Below, piece after piece: positions 1 to 8,750 of a stretch of 13,152 nucleotides of DNA. Made by a program: the position numbers and the translations under genes. The notes beneath the pieces were generated by a model. It was not told the origin of the DNA, did no database searches, and saw nothing but the letters and a program-made list of their open reading frames with translations. The stretch's first letter is position 1. Each line of letters starts with the position of its first letter. Origin of the DNA: Octopus sinensis (taxonomy: Eukaryota). The DNA lies in assembly GCF_006345805.1 (NCBI RefSeq), contig NW_021826334.1, forward strand, positions 1-13,152. Direction: 5' to 3'.

Positions 1-991
1 AATTTAAAAATATAAAATGGTGACAATTTACCCATCACATCTTGTACATAGCTCTATATATATATGCAAGCTATATTCCTCTTGAATACTGATATCATGA
101 GATTTTTGCTGCTTGCTTCATTCCCACGGTTTTCACTTGCCTCACTTTCTAATTGCTGGCAGTTAGGGTCAGATAAGAACATAAAAAACGAGTAAATTCT
201 ATTATTTACTCTCTATTTCTGCCATTGACATATAGAATATTATATTCCGTATATTTTCTTAGTCCATAGAATTTCATTTGCCTCTGATGTAAAAAATAGA
301 AGACATAGGATTTTTTGCACCTGCCAAGGTCAGTCGATTCAGCTATTATTGTTTGTCCTTATCATCTTTCAATCATGTTTATTTCTCCACAAAATAATTC
401 GAAGTACTCAACGTAAACATACATACGACACTATGAAGAAATAAAACCTGAAGATTATTTTAGATGCAAAATCTTCCATATTATTGTTACTAGTGGATGA
501 TGTATAATCCAAATACTGGAATTCAGATAAATAGGTTAAATCTACGAGAGATTAAAACAACGAAATATCAAAAATATTAACGTTACTATTTAGTTAATCG
601 AAGAATAAACGGATTTGCGAGAAAGAAAGGATACAGTAACAAAGAAATAAAAAGTTTTAATGTGATTATTGTTTAGTCAAAGTATTAATAACAGCAAATC
701 AACAAAGTTATTATGAACGACAAATATACTGTTTTAAAGTTTGCATTAATGATTAGAAATGAAATGTTAATATGCGATGTCTATTGAGTAATTTTATAAT
801 TATTCTGAAATATACATAAGTTTCATAATAATTTTTCTTAATCCTTATCCGAAATAGTTTTCTTAGATAAATATTCCGAATCTGCAGTTGGGCAAGAGAA
901 CTACAACGGAACAGTAGAAACAATAACTACTACTGCAGATTAATCGAAATGTTAACAACAGTGAAAAACGAGTTATTAAGACGATAATTGA

Positions 992-1134
992 TTCTGTGTT
1001 CAAATTCTGCCGAGGCTGGATTTGCCTTTCAGCATTTCGGAGTGGATAAAATAAGTACCATTTGAATACTGGGGTCAATGTAATCGAATTGCTCTCTTCC
1101 CTAGACATGCTGACCTTCTGCCAATATTTCTGAA
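992..1134 (+). mobile_element. 5'-truncated, diverged tRNA-derived SINE copy
   Basis: ttctgtgttcaaattctgccgagg...gcctttcagcatttcggag...gataaaataagtacc...ctggggtcaatgtaatcga aligns by eye to the B-box, core and tail of the copies at 3582 and 5115. Confidence 0.8.
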
Positions 1135-1146
1135 TGTAACACTTAA

Positions 1147-1836
1147 TAGGAGCTTTACCTTTTGACCTACATATTTAAAAAATAATTTTTTTGTAACTAA
1201 ACACTTTCAAACTTCGGACACTGGTAGATTGTGTCATATAAAACATATTTTACTCTTAGCAATTTTGAGAAAAACTTATATTTAGGAAGTTATTTCACGT
1301 TAAATTTGTCCTATTTCGGTAATTTCAACCAATCAATGACGTGTATTCAGCTGAAAAAAATTACTGCTGTTGTTTGACAACAAGAACTTCCGTTTGTCAC
1401 TGTTATTTATGACAACCTTAACCCTAAAACCCTAACACTAAGTCTAAAACCCTAACCCTAAAACCCTAACCCTAACCCTAAAACCCTAACCCTAAACCTA
1501 AAACCCTAACCCGAACTCTAAAAACTTAAAACCAGTACAAACGCACGAACGATGTCATAAATAACAGCGACAAATGAAAGATACACCGCCGATAGCTGTT
1601 GTTGACAAACAACGGCAGTAATTTTATTCAGTAATTTTATCGCGTCATTGATTGGTTGAAATTACCGAAATACGAGAACTTTAACGTGAAATAACTTCCT
1701 AAATATAAGTTTTCCTCAAAAATGCTAAGAGTAAAAGATGTTTTATACGACACATCTACCAGTGTCCGAAGTTTGAAAGTGTTTAGTTACAAAAAAGTAT
1801 TTTTTAAATCTGTAGGTCAAAGGGTAAAGATCCCGA
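1147..1836. mobile_element. Non-autonomous foldback/MITE-like DNA transposon with long TIRs, flanked by TTAA
   Basis: 1147-1341 is the reverse complement of 1642-1836, with about 15 differences by manual alignment (~92%). Patchy inverted homology continues inward to 1414/1553 (aaaattactgc, ctgttatttatgaca). TTAA lies at 1143-1146 and 1837-1840; a TA duplication is also compatible. No ORF. Confidence 0.9.
1416..1531. repeat. Interstitial telomere-like array of CCCTAA and CCCTAAAA units
   Basis: Parses into 17 units of lengths 6,8,6,6,8,6,8,6,6,8,6,6,8,6,6,8,8. The minus strand reads TTAGGG/TTTTAGGG. Confidence 0.95.
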
Positions 1837-2191
1837 TTAATATGTAGAGCAGCAGCTTTGATAAACAAGAGACCTAACTGAACAAAATAACTAATATGAG
1901 AAATAGGGAATACAAACGAAATTTCGATTTGCGTAACATAACTTCCTGTGTAGAATAAACTTATTATGATGTCGAATTGGTACATCAAAATTTGAACATA
2001 CATTATTGAGGTAAATACGTTTGTCGCCCGAAACACTGGGGAAAATAATCGGATAAATGTATAATTAAACATATATTGTGTAATAAAGTGATAGTGGAAT
2101 AAATATTGAAAGATTCAGTTTGACACCGCAAATATTTGTAATTTTGGGGAAGAGAATTTTGCAGAGTACGACAGCAGACGGCAGCCGTATG

Positions 2192-2400
2192 TAGATAGAT
2201 AGATAGATATAGATATAGATATAGATAGATAGATAGATGGATACTCATTTATATATGTATACATGCAAACAAATATATATGTATATATAAACAAACATAC
2301 ATACGCACACACAGACGCACACACTCAGATACACACAGGCACGCACACACACACATATATGTACGTAGCTATGTATGGATGCGTGTGTGTGAATTTATAT
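2192..2400. repeat. Compound microsatellite: (TAGA)n/(TATAGA)n followed by mixed TA/CA/TG
   Basis: Read directly; the TAGA block spans 2192-2238. Confidence 0.9.
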
Positions 2401-2771
2401 CTCTGAGGATATATCAAATGAACGTAATTCTCTTTCTTTGGTTTCTACAAACGTTAGTGTTGTACGTCTGCCACAAGGAAAAATGAAATTGAACAATCAG
2501 TAATGAAATCTACGAAGAGAGAAGACGAAATTAGGAAAAACATTATATAAAATTTATTTTGTTGTACAATATTGAATGAAATTTCTTATCTTCATAAACT
2601 GACGTATAGATATTGTTTAAAACTAAACTTCTTGTTTTTTCCCCTCTTTGGCTAAGATATTTGGTTAATATGTATATAAAACAAAAAGAATTACGTTGAT
2701 TAGATATACGCTTAGAGCAGGGAAAGGAAATCTTTTGTAAGATTTCATATTTTTTAAAAGTGCTAAAGATG

Positions 2772-2821
<50 letters not shown>

Positions 2822-2842
2822 ATATATAATATATGATATATA
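2772..2842. repeat. (TA)n microsatellite
   Basis: Read directly. Confidence 0.95.
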
Positions 2843-3158
2843 GTCGTTCGCCATATACAACAGGAAAAGATGTTGATTTAATTAGTTAGTTACCGCATAT
2901 GCAGTAAAATGAAACATATTCTGTCCGGCAGAAAGAAAAATACGAAAAGCAAAAGACATACTGAATATATTCTAATATTATACGCTATTGTCTGTATTTA
3001 CTTATCAGAAATGGTAGCCACTTTCAGGGAAACTCAGATATGTTTCATTTCAACGTGAAATAAATGGCTAAGTACATAGTACCAATTTCTCAATATTGCA
3101 ACACAACTAATAAGAATGTTTTCTGTAACTACGTTTATTATCACTCATTGAAAAATTT

Positions 3159-3162
<4 letters not shown>

Positions 3163-3194
<32 letters not shown>

Positions 3195-3243
3195 ATATAA
3201 TATATAATATATATATATATATATATAGATATATATATATAAT
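3163..3243. repeat. (TA)n microsatellite
   Basis: Read directly; abuts the 3' end of the hammerhead-bearing fragment. Confidence 0.95.
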
Positions 3244-3432
3244 AGTTATCCAACAAGAAAGCACAAAAAAAACACAACAGCGAGGACGTGGAACAAATAT
3301 AGTATTATTGGACGCTAAGGAAAGAAGGAGGGTTTAACGTTTCGAGCGGAGCTCTTCGTCGGAAACATAGGAGAAGGAAAGATCCAGAGAAGGGAAGACA
3401 GAGGAAAAAATCGCCAACGGTACACACGAGGT
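3244..3432 (-). mobile_element. Penelope-like element pseudo-LTR (3' end) fragment carrying a hammerhead motif
   Basis: On the minus strand a pyrimidine-rich leader is followed by a minimal hammerhead and a ~90-nt tail running into (TA)n. This is the pLTR architecture known for Penelope-like elements. Confidence 0.7.
3332..3366 (-). ncRNA. Minimal type-I hammerhead ribozyme motif (HHR1), predicted to act as a dimer
   Basis: Minus strand: GTTT-CCGACGA-A-GAGC-TCC-GCTC-GAAAC-GTT-AAAC. Stem I GTTT/AAAC, stem II GAGC/GCTC, loopless palindromic stem III (AACGTT), cleavage triplet GUU. Confidence 0.75.
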
Positions 3433-3434
3433 CA

Positions 3435-3505
<71 letters not shown>

Positions 3506-3515
3506 ACATTATATA

Positions 3516-3554
<39 letters not shown>
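3433..3554. repeat. (CA)n followed by (TA)n
   Basis: Read directly; CA spans 3433-3508 and TA about 3510-3554. Confidence 0.95.
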
Positions 3555-3557
<3 letters not shown>

Positions 3558-3581
3558 TAACAATTTTATGGAGGTAAAGAA

Positions 3582-3790
3582 GGTGGCGAGCCGACAGAAT
3601 CGTTAGCACGTCGGGCAAAATATTTAACGGCATTTCGTCTGTCTTTACCTTCTGAGTTCAGATTCCACGGAGGACGACTTTGCCATTTTTCCTTTGGAGT
3701 TCATAAATTAAGTACCAATTGAGAACTGGGGTCGATGTGGTCGACTTAGCCGCATCCCCTAAATTGCTGGCCTTGTGCCAAAATTTGAAA
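3582..3790 (+). mobile_element. Full-length tRNA-derived SINE (tail type A)
   Basis: Head ggtggcgagccgacagaatcgttagcac, B-box-like GAGTTCAGATTCC at 3654-3666, shared core, tail ...ctggccttgtgccaaaatttgaaa. Confidence 0.9.
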
Positions 3791-3823
3791 TCACTATATA
3801 GTAGTAATCTTTGTTATATTATA

Positions 3824-4644
3824 CTAGCGGGACCCATGAATATTTCACGAAATTAATGGTAAACCTTTTGCGTTATTTCTGAAAACTTTATCTAAAAAAC
3901 CTGAAAGCGTAACCTGTGTTGTGTCTGTGCAGAAAGATAGTCACTTATCTGCGACTCACTGATAAATGAAAGAAATTGGAATACGATGATTACTTAATGC
4001 ACTTTATATACTTTTTGCACCATTTTATAAACTTTATACACAGCACTCATAAAATGAATATACATTCTTATTTTTCGATTTTCCCATAAACAAAAATATC
4101 CCGTACATATGATATAACCTTTATTTAAATTGCATACATTTGCCTCGTAAATAAGCATGGATATTTCACGAAATTACACTTATACGCATGCGTTAAGTGA
4201 TGGGTAATATAAAAAACTTAGTTCATTTTTTCACCACGACCAACACCACTACCTCCACCGCCACCAGTTCCATCTCCACCATCATCTCTATCTCTCTCCC
4301 TCCTGTATCTCTCTCTCTCTCACTCACTCTCTCTCTCACACTCTCTCTCTCTCTCGCTCCTCTCTCTCTCTCTCTCTCTCTTCCCTTTCTTTGCCTTTCT
4401 TTAACCTCTCCATCAGAACACCACGCTTCTGCTAAAACTATTACGTTCCCTCTACCTCACGTCATGGGTGTTTCCCCCACCCTCTTTTTCCCCCACCCTC
4501 TTTTTCTCCCACCCTCTTTTTCTCTCACCCTCTTTTTCTCTCACCATTTTTCTCTCTCCCTCTTCTCTTTCTCTCTCTTCTCTAATCACGCGAAAACGTT
4601 ACCGACTGACTAAATAACACAATGACAAGCAGAATTATATTAAA
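3824..4644 (-). mobile_element. Possible degenerate non-autonomous Helitron carrying microsatellites
   Basis: On the minus strand CTAG|T lies at 3827-3823. The other end reads A|TTTAATATAA (4645), one change from the A|TC Helitron start. It contains CAC/CT microsatellites and a 21-bp direct repeat (3835-3855, 4156-4176). The subterminal GC hairpin is not evident. Confidence 0.35.
4285..4583. repeat. Imperfect (CT)n / pyrimidine-rich tract
   Basis: Read directly; source of the spurious Ser/Leu ORF at 4197-4613. Confidence 0.9.
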
Positions 4645-5031
4645 TCAAACAGTGCATATCCGCAGTGTCCGGCCCTTAATTTTAATTCAAGCTATTTTGT
4701 ATCAGTTACGCATGTGTTGTCCGCCTGTAAAGTGATGGAAATTATTATTTTAACCATATATATTCCTATTAAAGAGGAAATATGTGATTGGTCGCTCACT
4801 GTGCTAAAAATAGCAGTAACATTGCCTTCAAAGCACACCCAATCGCATTGTAAATGAAGAAAAATATTGCATAATGTGTTCTTGAAACTCCTAAAAGTTT
4901 GGTATAGACACAAAAAGATTTCCTTTTATAATGTCTCAACCCGAACAGGATTGGTCAGGAATTAATTATCAACAGGAATCCAAACATTGTGTCAAATAAA
5001 ACTTTACGTATATTGCAATTGCTATCATTAA

Positions 5032-5487
5032 TGGTTTCAAATTTTGGCTTAAGGCTAGCAATTTTAGAGAGGAGAGTAAGTCGATTACATCGATCCCAAT
5101 ACTGACTGATATACGGCGGCGAGCTGGCAGAATCGTTAGCACGCCGGGCGAAATGCGTAGGCGCATTTCGTCTGCCGTTACGTTCTGAGTTCAAATTCCG
5201 CCGAGGTCGACTTTGCCTTTCATCCTTTCGGGATCGATAAATTAGGTACCAGTTACACACTGGGGTCGATATAATCGACTTAATCCGTTTGTCTGTCCTT
5301 GTTTGTCCTCTCTCTGTTTAGCCCCTTGTGGGTAGTAAAGAAATAGATATTTTATTTTATCGTCTCCAAAACCATAAGACGCAAAGTTGACTTCGACGGA
5401 ATTTGAACTTAGAACGTAAAGATGCGGAGGAAATACAGCTAAGCATTTTTCTTTGATACACTATTAATTCTTCTTGTTTGCTACCTT
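5032..5487 (-). mobile_element. Older SINE (tail type A) split in two by a younger SINE insertion
   Basis: 5032-5112 is the reverse complement of the tail and 3' core (tttcaaattttggc...gtaagtcgattacatcgatcccaatact). 5351-5487 is the reverse complement of the 5' core and head (ttattttatcg...gaatttgaacttagaacgtaaaga...gctaagcattt). Confidence 0.85.
5115..5345 (+). mobile_element. Young full-length tRNA-derived SINE (tail type B)
   Basis: A-box-like TGGCAGAATCG at 5125-5135 and B-box-like GAGTTCAAATTCC at 5187-5199. CpG-rich, distinct tail ...gtctgtccttgtttgtcc...gccccttgtgggtagtaaagaaata. Candidate TSD GATAT at 5108-5112 and 5346-5350. Confidence 0.92.
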
Positions 5488-5883
5488 CAAATTAATATCA
5501 TTAATAATATTGCAATGAGATAAGTGTCACGCGGCTAAGTGTAAGTTACAGGTACTACTTACGGCTCACTTAATCTCTGAAAAGTTTAGTTTCGTGAAAA
5601 TGTGTGCACACTATAATATTTTCCTTCTTTGCTTTGTGTGACGTTTTGTTGCATTGAAGATCATCAAAACCATTACGATAATTATCATCACCACTATATT
5701 TTCTTTCTTTGTAGTTCTATTAGAATTTCACATATCAATCGACACTTTATTTCTTGTATAAAAATACATAGGTACATCGTGGTAAACAGGCATTCAAATG
5801 TTTAACACTTTTGTTGCGGAAAGCTGATGTATCCTCTCAAAATTTCAGTACCCTTAACTGCTGAAAGCAGTTTTATATACCAA

Positions 5884-6260
5884 CTAGCAGTATCGCCCGG
5901 CGTTGCTCGGGTTTGTAAGGGAAATAACTATATAAGCATTTTTAGAGATGTAAAGTATAATAGCCATCTCAATATGGCTAACCACTGTAGCTTTTTACGT
6001 TCTGAAATTTAATAAATTTTTAGAGAGTTACTTCCCTTATATATGCTAAAAATGCATTAAAAATGGGGAAAATTGATGGTAAATTTTTTTTTAAATCGTA
6101 GACTCATCGTAGACGCGCGCTAATACCCAGAATGGCTCGATATGAATCACGACTATAAGATACCCGGTTTTGGTTAAACTGCACCGCAAAATGTGGAAGT
6201 AGTTAGGAATCTAAATCGTAGGAGACAGACAGCACACAACCTCTCTTTTATATATAAAGA
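5884..6260 (-). mobile_element. Non-autonomous Helitron (377 bp)
   Basis: The minus strand starts A|TC (6261|6260-6259) and ends CTAG|T (5887-5884|5883). A GC-rich hairpin CCCGAGCAACGCCGGG (5911-5896) lies 8 nt before the CTAG. No TSD. All are canonical Helitron hallmarks. Confidence 0.9.
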
Positions 6261-6882
6261 TATATCTTTCGTGGAAGAATGTCATGTTTGAAACTATTTT
6301 CTGATGACATATATCAGGCTTATTGAAGCAACTTGATTTGCACAAAATACTAATTCATTATTTTGGTAGATGTTTAACATCGTTGTCGGAATAACCATGA
6401 AATTACATTTCATTGTGAAAGAATTAACGTTGATTAATTATCTTACAACTTAAGAAACCTAGTATTGTTATTTTTTCTAGAATGTTTCTAAATTTACTAT
6501 GATAGGGCATTCATTGATTTCTTTCCAGAATTTATTCTATATCATTAAGGTTGTGCAAATTACAAATAAACATCACAATTTTACATGCATTAATACCTTT
6601 ATTTTAGTTGCTAATTAGGCGCAATTCAAGTCTAAAGAAGCATGATTTTTCACAACACTATATTCATTCGATATTTCTAAATTAATGTTACATATACTTT
6701 TCTTTTTAAATTTTAGAGTAGAAAATTATGCCACGCTTCATATGTTTTATCAAGCGGTTTGTTTTCATCCTTGGGTTGTATAAAATGAGTGAATTCTCCT
6801 TTTCTAGTATATTAGATTGTTCATATATGTATTACTGTTCTTTTTCCCGTAGCAAACAATAAATGAGGTGGCCAAACAGATC

Positions 6883-7041
6883 ATGATATATACTCTCCAA
6901 TGTTCCCTCTGATTTTATCAACATCGGGCAGACTGGCTGCTGACGAGTCGATAGATTCACGGAGCAACGCAGGCACATACGACTTCGCAACGAGTCAACT
7001 CTCTCTCTCTCTCTCTCTCATCGTCTCGTCACTCATCTCTC

Positions 7042-7092
<51 letters not shown>

Positions 7093-7102
7093 GCTCTCTC
7101 TC

Positions 7103-7138
<36 letters not shown>

Positions 7139-7146
7139 CCTCTCTC

Positions 7147-7198
<52 letters not shown>

Positions 7199-7201
7199 CT
7201 C

Positions 7202-7251
<50 letters not shown>

Positions 7252-7265
7252 TCTCTCTTCTCTCG

Positions 7266-7319
<54 letters not shown>

Positions 7320-7980
7320 ATTACTCCACTCCTCCGTACTTGTCGGCCTTCAGCGAGATTACCACCGCCGAATTCCCTACCACAAACTGAATTGTCCACT
7401 TCAATTCTTCTAAATTACTTTGAATCTACTCCTGCTCCATGGCTATACAACTTCCCCTCTTCTTCCTACTCTCACGTCACTCACACTCTTACACTATCCG
7501 CATTTCACTTCATACTTCTCTAACATACACGATCGTGTCCTCTCAACACACCATCACCTACTCATACACCACCCTCATACACTCTTCCACCTCTGCCCCA
7601 AGCCTCACACTACTAACACACGCACGCACTTAACTTCTTGTAATAGTTTGTCCCTTTGTGACATACATACACATATGCATCCTTCAAATGCACATACCCC
7701 CTCTCACATCGACTTATTTACATAAACCCAGACAAAACAATCTTCACAAAACAAACACACACATACACATTGCCACTTTCACACGCTCCCCACTTTTTCC
7801 ACTTATACAAGGATATACGTATAACACACCGTTACAGCGATGCATCCCGCAACACCTTCCTTCACTCACTCTTTCTTCCTCATTTAGCCATGGCCATTTG
7901 GCTTCACAGCTATGGATCTTACCATGCTTCCCTCTTCACTGCCTTCCTCTCTACTTCCACCGACTCTTTAGCTTTCTAAC
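6883..7980 (+). pseudogene. Decayed Penelope-like GIY-YIG endonuclease plus C-rich 3' region
   Basis: 6883-6915 reads MIYTLQCSL*F. After a frameshift, 6917-6997 reads INIGQTGC*RVDRFTEQRRHIRLRNES, matching the PLE motif IY..C..C..YIGQTGR....RF.EH. Weaker continuation follows the CT tract (..SVLVGL.., ..HGYTTSPL), then a strongly G-poor strand to ~7980. Confidence 0.75.
6999..7316. repeat. 318-bp imperfect (CT)n/(GA)n tract
   Basis: Read directly; source of the spurious SLSL and RERE ORFs. Confidence 0.97.
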
Positions 7981-7983
7981 TCA

Positions 7984-8040
7984 ACACACACACACACACA
8001 CACACTCTTTCTCTCTCTCTCTCTCTCCCTCTCTCTCTCT
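7984..8040. repeat. (CA)n(CT)n compound microsatellite at the Penelope/mariner junction
   Basis: Read directly. Confidence 0.95.
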
Positions 8041-8049
8041 CCGATAATA

Positions 8050-8750
8050 AAATACCTTCATGGACTAGGTAATTGGTTGGTGGGTCTCTCATAATTTGAT
8101 TGCTTTTGGTCTTAATGTAAGTGTTGCCTTCTGCTCGTCACTGAAAGGTAGACTTGATGCTGAACTGTTTCTGGATAGAATCATAACAAGTAAGAAAAAG
8201 TGGATTCCCTATATGCACATATAACGAAAATGCCCACTTCTTAGCACCACCTAATCACAGAAGAGAAGCCATCGCGAAACCAGGACTACAGCAGGAAACA
8301 ATTATCCTCTGTGTTTGGTGAAATATGGAAGGTGCCGTCTATCATAAAGTGTCACACTAAAAAGAAACAGTTAATGCAAACAAATACTGTCGTCAATTGG
8401 AAAGCAGTTAACATTGATCAATAGTAATTGGGCGGGGGTAACTCTTACGCAATAATACAAGATTACATTTTAACCAAGTCTCTCAGGTAAAGATTATGGC
8501 ACTAAATATGGCGTTTTCCCCCATCTTCCTTACTCTCCTGACCTTACTCCAACTGACAATCATCTTTTCAGATGATTGCAACATTATTTAGAAGGAAAAC
8601 AGTTTAATAATTTTGAAGAGGTTAAGCATTATATTGGGTGCTTTTTTTTGCTTCGAAAGTTGAAGAATTTTTCGCCCGAATATTTCGCAACAAGTTGCCA
8701 AACAGATGAGTTTATTTTACCAACAATGAGGGAAAATATTATCTTGATAA
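8050..8750 (+). pseudogene. Decayed mariner (DD34D-type) transposase
   Basis: Motifs in order: WVSHNL (WVPHEL) at 8081, LFLDRIITSKKKW (TGDEKW), AKPGLQQETIILCVW*NMEG (LHPKKVMLCVWWD), ETVNANKYCRQL, LLRNNTRLH (HDNARPH), HLPYSPDLTPTDNHLFR at 8522-8572, and a C-terminus ..NNEGKYYLD. Multiple stops and frameshifts. Confidence 0.93.

Noticed and set aside
1416-1531. True telomere or CRISPR-like array
   Set aside because: Interstitial, short, mixed 6/8-mer units, no unique spacers, and enclosed within a TIR element.
5115-5200. tRNA gene
   Set aside because: The A/B boxes belong to a SINE head; spacing is too long and no full cloverleaf is evident.
6717-6912. Two polypyrimidine-AG acceptors (6716, 6852)
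   Set aside because: Downstream frames hit stops quickly, and the second overlaps the Penelope relic.
6940-6985. CTGACGA-GTC...GAC looked like a hammerhead core
   Set aside because: No GAAA follows, and the segment is better explained as GIY-YIG codons.
6900-7523. Long ORFs 6900-7523 (+), 6995-7399 (-) and 4197-4613 (+)
   Set aside because: Ser/Leu or Arg/Glu runs produced by (CT)n, which lacks stop codons; not genes.
8041-8047. CCGATAA immediately after the Penelope relic, possibly the start of a fourth CCGANGA core
   Set aside because: Only 7 nt with a mismatch, and no stem II or GAAA.
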